The notes: generated by a model not told the origin, from the letters alone. 26,993 nt of DNA from Minisyncoccota bacterium (GCA_018062165.1 JAGOSU010000001.1:1-26993); one strand, 5' to 3'; positions 17,854-26,049 are shown, counted from the first letter of the stretch. A program made the numbers and translations.

Positions 17854-17875
17854 AATCCCGCGCTGCGGGATTTTC
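17854..17875 (+). terminator. Intrinsic terminator after the ncRNA
   Basis: AATCCCGC-GCT-GCGGGATTTTC. Confidence 0.7.
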
Positions 17876-17894
17876 TCGTGCTAAAGTGGTTTCT

Positions 17895-18254
17895 ATGCGG
17901 ATTCGCTGGCTCCTTCTCGCGCTCGCCTTGAGCGCGCTTCTGCTCTCCCTTCATCTCTGGGGTACCGCAGAGTTTTTGTACTGGAAGTTCGTGTGGTTCG
18001 ATAGCCCGATGCATCTCTTGGGAGGCATTACACTCGGCGTGTTCGTCGCTACGCTTTTGAAAGCTCCTCAGCCCGTTAAATTTTATGGGCTCATCTTGGT
18101 GCTCATTGTAGGGTGGGAGCTATTTGAGTTCCTCCTCGGTTCTCCACGCAAGGACAACTATGCGTTTGATACCGTACTTGATCTCTGCCTTGGTGTGCTC
18201 GGGGCATCGCTTGCGTATTATTCCGCTCGAAGGTCGCTATGGCGCTCCGCGTAA
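17895..18254 (+). CDS. Small integral membrane protein (YjdF/DUF2238 or VanZ-like), start corrected to 17895
   Basis: WFDSPMHLLGG, GWELFE, DTVLDL motifs; about four hydrophobic segments; TGcTAAAGT 7 nt upstream. Confidence 0.7.
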   Translation: MRIRWLLLALALSALLLSLHLWGTAEFLYWKFVWFDSPMHLLGGITLGVFVATLLKAPQPVKFYGLILVLIVGWELFEFLLGSPRKDNYAFDTVLDLCLGVLGASLAYYSARRSLWRSA

Positions 18255-19648
18255 CGTTCTACGGCGGTGCTGGCACCGTCACAGGTTCGAACTTCCTCGT
18301 TGAAAGCGGGAACAGCAAGGTGTTAGTGGATTGCGGTATTGAACAAGGAAAAGATTATTGTGAATCGTGTTCGTATGACCCATTCCCGTATGAGCCGGGA
18401 AGTATTAATGCACTTGTGATAACGCACGCGCACCTCGACCACATCGGACGCGCTCCACGCTTGGTGAAGGAAGGCTATGCAGGTCCCGTGTACATGACGG
18501 CTCCCACGCGTGATATTGCAGAGGCGATGCTTCGCGATAGTGCTGATATTCTCGGACAGAATGCTGCAGCGCGTGATTTGGCGCCACTGTATCTGCAGGA
18601 GCATGTGACGAAGTTTCTTTCACTCATTAAGGTCATTGAGTATCGGACGGAGACCAAGCTTACGGATGACCTCTCTTTGTATTTGCGAGACACGGGGCAC
18701 ATCCTTGGTGGGGCGAGTGTACGGCTGACGGACAAGGAAGGGGTGTCGCTTGCTTTCACGAGCGACATTGGGAACTCGCCAACCCCGCTTCTCCCAGACG
18801 CAGAGACTATTACTGACGCGGATGCTGTTGCTATTGAGAGTGTGTACGGAGACCGCCTGAACCCAGAGAAGGCGCATCGAGTCGAGAAGTTTAGGGACAC
18901 GCTTAAGAGCGCACTTGCTCGTGGTGGCCCCATCCTCATTCCCTCGTTCTCCATCGAGCGCACCCAGCTCATGCTCTATGAGCTCTCTAACCTCATGGAG
19001 GCAGGAGAACTACCACAGGTGCCGGTGTTCCTTGATTCACCTCTGGCCATTGAGGTTACGAACATCTACCGGAAGCACGGCGCGAAGTTCTTTAAGGATA
19101 CCGCTCAGGAAGAACTCAAGCGCGAGCATGACCTCTTCAACTTCCCGTTCCTACGGATGACGAAGTCCCGGGAGGAGTCTATGAGTATTGCGGAGGTGAA
19201 GGACCCGAAGATTATCATCGCAGGAGCTGGCATGAGTCACGGTGGTCGCATCGGGAAGTGGGAGCACCGCTACCTCCCAGACCCTAAGACCACCCTCATC
19301 ATGGTGGGGTACCAGGCACCAGGAAGTCCAGGGAGAATGCTCCAGGATGGCGCTAAGAAGGTGCGCATTGACCATCGGGACGTTACGGTGCGTGGACATA
19401 TCGAGACCCTGCATGGCTGGTCTGGGCATGCAGACCGGGACGGGCTCCTCAAGTTTGCGGAAGGGTGTCTGCCTCGGACAAAGAACTTTTTTGTGACGCT
19501 CGGAGAGCCATCGTCTGCGCGCTTTCTTGCGCAGCGTATTCACGATTTCCTCGGGACGCGCGCGATTGTACCGGGGAAGGGAGATGTGTGGGAGGTGACG
19601 AAGGAAGGAGTGAAGAGGATAGAGAGCCAGAAAGGGTTTGAGGCGTAG
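18239..19648 (+). CDS. MBL-fold beta-CASP ribonuclease (COG1236/TTHA0252-like)
   Basis: THAHLDHIG, SDIG, ESVYG, PSFSIERTQ, GWSGHAD. Confidence 0.9.
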   Translation: MALRVTFYGGAGTVTGSNFLVESGNSKVLVDCGIEQGKDYCESCSYDPFPYEPGSINALVITHAHLDHIGRAPRLVKEGYAGPVYMTAPTRDIAEAMLRDSADILGQNAAARDLAPLYLQEHVTKFLSLIKVIEYRTETKLTDDLSLYLRDTGHILGGASVRLTDKEGVSLAFTSDIGNSPTPLLPDAETITDADAVAIESVYGDRLNPEKAHRVEKFRDTLKSALARGGPILIPSFSIERTQLMLYELSNLMEAGELPQVPVFLDSPLAIEVTNIYRKHGAKFFKDTAQEELKREHDLFNFPFLRMTKSREESMSIAEVKDPKIIIAGAGMSHGGRIGKWEHRYLPDPKTTLIMVGYQAPGSPGRMLQDGAKKVRIDHRDVTVRGHIETLHGWSGHADRDGLLKFAEGCLPRTKNFFVTLGEPSSARFLAQRIHDFLGTRAIVPGKGDVWEVTKEGVKRIESQKGFEA

Positions 19649-19676
19649 GTGATGAGTACGGGTATAATCTGCTGAC

Positions 19677-20204
19677 ATGGATTTCCTCCACGACTTCTGG
19701 CTCATTCAAGCCATCGGTGCAATCGGACTCATATTCGTCATCTTTGCTTGGAATGCAAAGAATAGGGTGAGCATTCTTTCTTTACAATCACTCAGTACGG
19801 TACTCTTCTTTGTTCATTACGTCCTTCTTTCAGCCTTTGCAGGTGCAGCCATGTGCTTGGTGGTTTTGGGGCGTAATTTTGTATTCGCTCAAAAGGATAA
19901 GAAGTGGGCAAATCACCCGGCATGGTTTTACGTGTTCGCTCTTATTTCAGTAGCTGCCCTCATTCCTTTCTGGGAAGGTTGGATTAGCATCCTTCCGGTT
20001 GTAGCGGTCATTATTGGTGTCCATGCGATGTCGAAGGATCGTCCTGCAGACATGCGGCTCTATATGCTTGCAGCCTGTCTTCTTTGGGTTCCGTACACGA
20101 TTGTCGTCGATTCTTATTCAGGGCTCTTGAATCAAATCGTGGGAATCGTCGGCATTCTTATGGGCATGTATAGGCACGACAGGAAACCGGTGATTCCTGA
20201 ATAG
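19677..20204 (+). CDS. YgjV-family inner membrane protein
   Basis: QAIGAIG...VHYVLLSAFAGA...RN pattern, multiple TM segments; TATAAT 8 nt upstream. Confidence 0.7.
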   Translation: MDFLHDFWLIQAIGAIGLIFVIFAWNAKNRVSILSLQSLSTVLFFVHYVLLSAFAGAAMCLVVLGRNFVFAQKDKKWANHPAWFYVFALISVAALIPFWEGWISILPVVAVIIGVHAMSKDRPADMRLYMLAACLLWVPYTIVVDSYSGLLNQIVGIVGILMGMYRHDRKPVIPE

Positions 20205-20254
20205 GGTGCAGGTTCCAACATCGTCCAAGACAGCCAGCAAGGTATAGTTTCAGC

Positions 20255-21502
20255 ATGGTTCCCGACTCCCATCATTTTGATGTCATCGTCATAGGCGGCG
20301 GTGCAGCAGGGCTTATGGCAGCTGGTCGTGCAGCAGAACGCGGCAAGCGGGTCCTTTTGTTTGAGAAGAACCAGAAGGCAGGAGAGAAGCTCCGTATTAC
20401 CGGGGGAGGGCGTTGCAACATCACGAATGCGGAAGAGGACACCAAGGTACTCCTTTCTCATTACGGTTCCGCAGAGCCGTTTCTCCACTCTGCGTTCTCT
20501 GAGTTTGGCATGGAGGAGGCGTTCAAATTCTTCGAGTCTCGCAAACTGCCGCTCAAGGTGGAGGCACGTAAGCGTGCGTTCCCTCAGAGCGAGAAGGCAC
20601 CTGACGTCGTGCGGACACTTGTCTCCTATGTGCGAGACGGGAAGGTTGATGTGCGTCTTGGTACGCCAGTGCGACAGGTGGTTGTTGCGAATGGGAAGGT
20701 GGAGAAGATAATCGCAAGCGGAGGGGAGTTCTTTGCTGACTCCTATATCTTTGCGACCGGCGGCGTGTCACACCCGGAGACCGGTTCCACAGGGGATGGC
20801 TTTGGTTGGCTGCGGGCACTCGGGCATACGGTGGAGGAACCAACGCCCACCATCGTGCCGCTTAAGGCCAAGGACGCATGGATACGCTCTTTGGCAGGTA
20901 AGTCGCTTCTAGACGCGAAGATAACCTTCTATTTGGGTGCTGAGAAGAAGTTCAGCAGTACGGGCACCATCCTTCTCACACACTTCGGTCTCTCTGGCCC
21001 CACTATCCTTAACAACGCTGGGAAGGTTGCGGACCTACTCCATGAAGCGCCGGTTACCGCCACGATAGATCTTTTCCCTGCGCTTAACATTGGGGAATTA
21101 GATACAAAGTTCCGTGAGCATTTTGATGCAAACAAGAACAAGCTCCTCAAGAACGTTGCGCATGAGTTCTTGCCACCGGGCACAGTGGACGTGCTTTTGG
21201 CGCTTGCGCCTAGTGTTGACCCAGAGAAGAAAGCACACAGTGTTACGAAAGAGGAGCGGCGAGCGCTTGTTGATATGGCGAAAGAGCTGCCGGTCTCCAT
21301 ATCTGGACTCATGGGATTTGACCGTGCGGTGGTTGCTGACGGCGGGGTGCGGCTTACTGAAATTGATATGCGCACCATGCGCTCGCTCCGCGCCTCGAAT
21401 CTATTTGTAATTGGAGACTTGCTCCATATACAACGACCCTCTGGCGGGTACTCGCTCCAGCTTTGTTGGACCACCGGGTATGTGGCGGGGAGCAATGCAT
21501 AG
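20255..21502 (+). CDS. HI0933/YhiN(RdsA)/BaiN-family flavoprotein
   Basis: IGGGAAG Rossmann motif, KLRITGGGRCNITN, LTHFGLSGP, SGGYSLQLCWTTG. Confidence 0.92.
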   Translation: MVPDSHHFDVIVIGGGAAGLMAAGRAAERGKRVLLFEKNQKAGEKLRITGGGRCNITNAEEDTKVLLSHYGSAEPFLHSAFSEFGMEEAFKFFESRKLPLKVEARKRAFPQSEKAPDVVRTLVSYVRDGKVDVRLGTPVRQVVVANGKVEKIIASGGEFFADSYIFATGGVSHPETGSTGDGFGWLRALGHTVEEPTPTIVPLKAKDAWIRSLAGKSLLDAKITFYLGAEKKFSSTGTILLTHFGLSGPTILNNAGKVADLLHEAPVTATIDLFPALNIGELDTKFREHFDANKNKLLKNVAHEFLPPGTVDVLLALAPSVDPEKKAHSVTKEERRALVDMAKELPVSISGLMGFDRAVVADGGVRLTEIDMRTMRSLRASNLFVIGDLLHIQRPSGGYSLQLCWTTGYVAGSNA

Positions 21503-21584
21503 AGAGGCTTTGGGTGCTCTTAGGACGGCGTAGTTGAGCCACGTTCATCTCAACCTAAAAGTACACATGGTACGATGACTGCAT

Positions 21585-22475
21585 ATGAAATACATACTTT
21601 CCGCAATCATTCTCATCCTTCTTATTGGCGCCGGGTGGTATTTCTTCCTTCGGCAGGCACCCGCTCTCGCTCCCGAGAGCCCAGAAGTGTCGGGAACAGA
21701 GAACCCGGCAGATGTGGCGTCGCCACAGCAGGACGATGGCATGACCGTCATCGGACATTCAGCAGAGGGAGCTGACATTACCGCCTACCACTACGGTACA
21801 GGCGTTGACGAAGTTCTGTTCGTAGGCGGCATTCACGGTGGCTACTCTTGGAACACTGCGCTCGTTGCCTATGAGCTCATGGACTATCTTGAGGCAAATG
21901 AAGCCACGATTCCTTCAAATGTGCGTGTGACCGTCATCCCTGCGCTTAACCCTGACGGGCTTCAGGACGTTGTTGGGACAACGGGCCGTTTCGAGGCGAG
22001 CGACGTATCCTCGAGCGCTGACACTACTGCAGCGCGTTTCAACGGAAACGACGTAGACCTGAACCGTAACTTCGATTGTGATTGGCAGGAAGACGCAGTG
22101 TGGCAGAGCAAGCCAGTGAGTGGTGGCAGTGCCGCATTCTCTGAGCCTGAAGCCCAGGCAATCCGCGACTATGTAGGGACGAAGGGTCCCAAGGCGGTCA
22201 TTGTCTGGTATGCGTCTGCAGGTGGGGTATACGCTTCCAACTGTCACAACGGCGTGCTCGCAGAGACGCGCGAGATACTCAACCGCTACGCAAAGGCGTC
22301 AGGCTACCCTGCTCATGAGACCTTCGATTACTACGCGGTTACTGGTGACATGACCAACTGGCTCGCCAAGGTTGGCGTTCCAGCCATCAGCGTCTTGCTC
22401 TCGGACCACACGAGCACCGAGTGGTCGAAGAACCAGGCAGGCATAGACGCCATCCTTAATTATTACGCTGAGTAA
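21585..22475 (+). CDS. Membrane-anchored M14 peptidase homolog, predicted catalytically inactive
   Basis: NPDG, RFNGNDVDLNRNF and FSEPE are retained, but the sequence has HGGYS, VWYAS and SVLL where Zn ligands and the catalytic Glu are expected. Confidence 0.85.
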   Translation: MKYILSAIILILLIGAGWYFFLRQAPALAPESPEVSGTENPADVASPQQDDGMTVIGHSAEGADITAYHYGTGVDEVLFVGGIHGGYSWNTALVAYELMDYLEANEATIPSNVRVTVIPALNPDGLQDVVGTTGRFEASDVSSSADTTAARFNGNDVDLNRNFDCDWQEDAVWQSKPVSGGSAAFSEPEAQAIRDYVGTKGPKAVIVWYASAGGVYASNCHNGVLAETREILNRYAKASGYPAHETFDYYAVTGDMTNWLAKVGVPAISVLLSDHTSTEWSKNQAGIDAILNYYAE

Positions 22476-23350
22476 TGTTTCTGGCCTCGACTAAGGGGCG
22501 AATCATAGCAGGTGCGATTGCGCTCGCGGCTCTTGCTGCGGGCGTCCTGCTATTCTTCATGACCCGCCCAGAGGCGCCAGTTGGGAAAGCGCCCACTGTT
22601 GAACAGTCTGCCGTCGAACGCTCTATCATTGGGAGTTCTGTTGAAGGCCGCTCTATTGAAGCGTACGCGTACGGAACAGGGAACACCACGCTCGCATTCG
22701 TTGGTGGCATCCATGGCGGCTATGAATGGAACAGTGTGCTCCTTGCCTACGAGCTCATGGACCATCTGGAAGAGAATCCGGACCTCATCCCGGCGAACCT
22801 ACAGATAGTGGTCATCCCTTCTGCGAACCCAGACGGGCTCTACAAGATAGTGAAGAAGGAAGGACGCTTTACGCGCTCCGATGTTGTTTCTGGCGACCAG
22901 TCCGCAGGGCGGTTCAATGCAAATGGCGTAGACTTGAACCGTAACTTTGCGTGTAAGTGGCAACCACAAGCGACATGGCGAGGAGAGACCGTGAGTGCCG
23001 GCACTGCGGCGTTCTCAGAGCCAGAGGCCAAGGCACTACGCGATTTCTTTGAGGAAGTGCGGCCTGCAGCGGCAGTCTTCTTCCACAGTCAGGCGAATGC
23101 CGTGTATGCATCAGAGTGTGAGGCTGGTGTGCTTCCAGAGACTCTCGTGGTTATGAACGCGTATGCGAGCGCGGCTGGGTACCCTGCAGTGAGCACATTT
23201 GATGCGTATCCGGTCACGGGCGACATCGAAGGATGGCTTGCGTCCATCGGTATTCCAGCGGTCACAGTAGAACTTTCCTCCCACGAGGCGGTGGAATGGG
23301 AGCGGAACTGGCGTGGTGTTGCCGCGCTTCTGGAACGGTACGGGGAGTAG
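22475..23350 (+). CDS. Membrane-anchored M14 zinc peptidase (MpaA-like)
   Basis: GGIHGGYEWN, NPDG, RFNANGVDLNRNF, FSEPE, FFHS, TVEL; TAATG overlap with the previous gene. Confidence 0.88.
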   Translation: MFLASTKGRIIAGAIALAALAAGVLLFFMTRPEAPVGKAPTVEQSAVERSIIGSSVEGRSIEAYAYGTGNTTLAFVGGIHGGYEWNSVLLAYELMDHLEENPDLIPANLQIVVIPSANPDGLYKIVKKEGRFTRSDVVSGDQSAGRFNANGVDLNRNFACKWQPQATWRGETVSAGTAAFSEPEAKALRDFFEEVRPAAAVFFHSQANAVYASECEAGVLPETLVVMNAYASAAGYPAVSTFDAYPVTGDIEGWLASIGIPAVTVELSSHEAVEWERNWRGVAALLERYGE

Positions 23351-23372
23351 GGTTCGAATCCTGGGCGGTCAG
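23351..23372 (+). other. tRNA 3'-end fragment (tRNA-Gln-like), not a full tRNA
   Basis: GGTTCGAATCCTGG-GCGGTCA-G reads as T-loop, T-stem 3' strand, 7-nt acceptor strand ending CA and discriminator G; no 5' half upstream. Confidence 0.4.
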
Positions 23373-23409
23373 CTCGAAAAAGAAAACAGACTGTGAAATA
23401 ATCATCGAT

Positions 23410-23892
23410 ATGAACACAATACCTAAAAACACTATTTGCCTCTGGTTTGAAAAGGATGCTGAAGCTGCAGCAAATTTCTACGCTGCTACGTTTCCTGACA
23501 GCACGGTAGGCAATATATTTCATGCGCCTACTGATTTTCCTGACGGAAAGGCGGGTGACGTCCTCACCGTAGAATTTACCGTGTGTGGAATTCCCTGCGT
23601 TGGTCTCAATGGCGGCTCTGCCTTCAAGCAAAGCGAAGCGTTCTCGTTCCAGATCTCAACGGATACTCAGGAGGAGACGGACCGTTACTGGAACGCCATT
23701 GTTGAGAATGGAGGTCAGGAAAGCGCGTGCGGATGGTGCAAGGACCGTTGGGGAGTGTCCTGGCAGATTACCCCACGTACTCTCATTGAGGCGCTCGCCG
23801 TTGGCGGGGAAGAGGCAAAGCGTGCGTTTGAGGCGATGATGACTATGGGGAAAATTGACGTCGCCACTATTGATGCGGCGCGACAGGGATAA
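23410..23892 (+). CDS. VOC/PhnB-like (3-demethylubiquinone-9 3-methyltransferase family) protein, start corrected
   Basis: ICLWFEKDAEAAANFY, LNGG, EAFSFQI, CGWCKDRWGVSWQI. Confidence 0.9.
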   Translation: MNTIPKNTICLWFEKDAEAAANFYAATFPDSTVGNIFHAPTDFPDGKAGDVLTVEFTVCGIPCVGLNGGSAFKQSEAFSFQISTDTQEETDRYWNAIVENGGQESACGWCKDRWGVSWQITPRTLIEALAVGGEEAKRAFEAMMTMGKIDVATIDAARQG

Positions 23893-23893
23893 T

Positions 23894-24115
23894 ATGGCTA
23901 AGACAGTTACTTGCCGTGAGCTAGGCGGCACCTGCGAAGAGCAGTTCTCGGGCGAAACGTTCAACGAGATTATGCAGAAGGGTGGCGCGCACATGATGGG
24001 AGACGAGGCCCATACAAGTGCCATCATGAGCATGGAAGCGCGCACAGGGGAGAATAGGGAACAGTGGATGGAACGAATGCAGAGAGAGTTTGATGCGAAG
24101 CCCGAGGATGCCTAA
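23894..24115 (+). CDS. DUF1059-family small protein
   Basis: TCRELGGTC...GAH pattern; 73 aa. Confidence 0.7.
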   Translation: MAKTVTCRELGGTCEEQFSGETFNEIMQKGGAHMMGDEAHTSAIMSMEARTGENREQWMERMQREFDAKPEDA

Positions 24116-24404
24116 GTCGTTCAAGCTGAAATCAAAAGTACTGGTGTACCAAGGCATGAGCGCATGGCGCTTTCTTGCCATCCCCCTACGGGAAGGGAAG
24201 GAAATAAAAGAGAACTATGGGAAGTTGGCGAAGGGATGGGGGTCACTTCCTGTGTCCGTAACCATAGGCACAACGGTGTGGGATACATCTATTTTCCCCG
24301 ACAAGAAGAGTGGAACATACCTGCTCCCTCTTAAGGCCAAGGTGCGCAAGGCAGAGGACATCGCTGATGATGCTGTGGTTTCCTTCGGGCTCACACTACG
24401 GTAA
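24108..24404 (+). CDS. DUF1905-family protein
   Basis: AWRFLAIP, GWGSLPVSVTIG, WDTSIFP, YLLPLKAKVRK. Confidence 0.8.
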   Translation: MPKSFKLKSKVLVYQGMSAWRFLAIPLREGKEIKENYGKLAKGWGSLPVSVTIGTTVWDTSIFPDKKSGTYLLPLKAKVRKAEDIADDAVVSFGLTLR

Positions 24405-24449
24405 GAATCTGGGAACTCATACAAGGTTGGTTTGCTACAATGCAACCAT

Positions 24450-24848
24450 ATGAAAACAAAAACCAAAGGTGCCAACTACGTAGATGGGTTCGTGTTCGTT
24501 GTTCCAAAAAAGAACGTCCCAGCTTATAAGAAAATGGCGCGTGACGGAGCGGCTGCGTGGAAGAAGTTCGGTGCACTCGACTACAAGGAGTGCATGGGCA
24601 ATGATCTCAACATCAAAGGGTCAAAAGACATGCCAGCCCCACTCTTGTTCACTACGCTCACCAAGGCAAAGCCAAGCGAGACGGTGTGGTTCTCCTTCAT
24701 CACCTTCAAGAGCAAGGCGCATCGCAACCAGGTGAACAAGGCAGTCATGGCCTACTTCAGCAAGAAGTATGCAAACGAGAAAGACATGTCGATGCCCTTC
24801 GATGTGAGGCGCATGGCATACGGAGGCTTCTCGGTAGAAGTGGGGTAA
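24450..24848 (+). CDS. DUF1428 (YbaA-like) protein
   Basis: YVDGFVFVVP, ETVWFSFI, MPFDVRRMAYGGF; TGcTACAAT 8 nt upstream. Confidence 0.85.
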   Translation: MKTKTKGANYVDGFVFVVPKKNVPAYKKMARDGAAAWKKFGALDYKECMGNDLNIKGSKDMPAPLLFTTLTKAKPSETVWFSFITFKSKAHRNQVNKAVMAYFSKKYANEKDMSMPFDVRRMAYGGFSVEVG

Positions 24849-24864
24849 CCAAGCGTTGCAGAGC

Positions 24865-24898
24865 TAACAAAAAAGCCCCTTTCGGGGCTTTTTTGTTA
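24865..24898. terminator. Bidirectional terminator
   Basis: Perfect 15-bp inverted repeat TAACAAAAAAGCCCC-TTTC-GGGGCTTTTTTGTTA between convergent genes. Confidence 0.93.
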
Positions 24899-25243
24899 CA
24901 CTACCTTCTTAGCAATTCTTGCGAATATCTCAGGGTTCTCAGTGGCGAGCGTTGCGAGGACCTTACGGTCGAGCATGATTCCTCCCTTCTTAAGCTTCGC
25001 GATGAAGGTGCTGTAGGACTTGTGGCCGTTGTCGCGGACGGCGGCGTTGAGGCGGACAATCCAGAGTGCGCGGACATCATTCTTCTTGTCGCGGCGGTGG
25101 GCAAAAGCCTGCTTTCCAGCGTGAACAAGAGACTCCTTGGCAGCGCGCTCCTTCTTCGAGCGGCCATGACGATACCCCTTGGCGCGCTTAAGAACGTTCT
25201 TGCGGCGCTTAAGGCTGGTGACTCCTCCTTTTACTCGTGGCAT
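24896..25243 (-). CDS. rplT: 50S ribosomal protein L20
   Basis: MPRVKGG, AKGYRHGRS, RRDKKND, LWIVRLNAA, LDRKVLA. Confidence 0.98.
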   Translation of the reverse strand: MPRVKGGVTSLKRRKNVLKRAKGYRHGRSKKERAAKESLVHAGKQAFAHRRDKKNDVRALWIVRLNAAVRDNGHKSYSTFIAKLKKGGIMLDRKVLATLATENPEIFARIAKKVV

Positions 25244-25253
25244 ATATTAAAAA

Positions 25254-25457
25254 TTACTGGTTATTCGTGTTTGGCGACCCTGGGAGGAAGCGGCGACGAA
25301 GGGCAGTTCCCATCTTGAGGGAGTGTGCACGCTTCTTGGTGCCCTTAGTGGAGCTGCTCTCCTTGGCATTGAAGTGGTCCTGACCCGCCTTGCGTACAAC
25401 AAGCTTGCCCTTACGGGTAACGCGAATTCGTTTGGAAAATGACTTATTTGTTTTCAT
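25254..25457 (-). CDS. rpmI: 50S ribosomal protein L35 (start corrected)
   Basis: MKTNKSFSKRIRVTRKGK...HFNAK; lies between infC and rplT. Confidence 0.92.
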   Translation of the reverse strand: MKTNKSFSKRIRVTRKGKLVVRKAGQDHFNAKESSSTKGTKKRAHSLKMGTALRRRFLPGSPNTNNQ

Positions 25458-26013
25458 GGGTTGGTTCTGGTTTCTCGCTTGGGGCCTTTGCTGCTTTCGG
25501 GTCTCGTTCGATGATGCCGGCGAATCCTTTAGGGGACTTCGTGATGGGCTCGGCGACCCGGTACGCGTACGGGATGAGGAGAAGGAACTTCTCGAGCCGC
25601 TCCTTGAGGAATTTCTCATCCATCCCCTTGTAGCGGCCCTTGAGGAAGAGTTCAGCACGGACCCGGTGACCTTCGGCGAGCCATTCGGCGGCCTTTTTGG
25701 CCTTCAACCGCATGTCGTTCTCGCCGGTGCCCACCTTTATCTGGACCTCCTTGGTCTCAGAGACCTTGGCCTTGGCCCTGGCAGCGCCCTCCCTCTTCTT
25801 CAGCTCGTAGAGAAATTTACCATAATCCGTCACTTTCGCAACGGGAGGGACCGCGTTTGGCGAAATTTCAATGAGGTCCATACCGGCCTCTTCAGCCGCC
25901 TTAAGGGCGTCAGCAAGGGAGAGGACCCCAAGGTTCTCTCCTTGGGCCCCGACCACCCGCAGCTCGCGCGCGGTAATCTCCCGGTTTATTCGTACCTTTT
26001 CAGTAGTCGCCAC
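25444..26013 (-). CDS. infC: Translation initiation factor IF-3 (GTG start)
   Basis: INREITARELRVV, DLIEISPNAVPPVAKVTDYGKFLYE. Confidence 0.97.
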   Translation of the reverse strand: MATTEKVRINREITARELRVVGAQGENLGVLSLADALKAAEEAGMDLIEISPNAVPPVAKVTDYGKFLYELKKREGAARAKAKVSETKEVQIKVGTGENDMRLKAKKAAEWLAEGHRVRAELFLKGRYKGMDEKFLKERLEKFLLLIPYAYRVAEPITKSPKGFAGIIERDPKAAKAPSEKPEPTHENK

Positions 26014-26049
26014 GTGTGAGAGGACTTTAGCACGAAGGGCCCTCTGGGG

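Noticed and set aside
17666-17884. 72-aa ORF and the upstream 38 codons of ORF 17781
   Set aside because: They overlap the structured RNA and its terminator; the membrane protein has a proper -10 box before ATG 17895
23300-23375. Possible complete tRNA gene
   Set aside because: No acceptor-stem pairing, D-arm or anticodon arm upstream; that sequence is M14 coding sequence, so only the 3' fragment is kept
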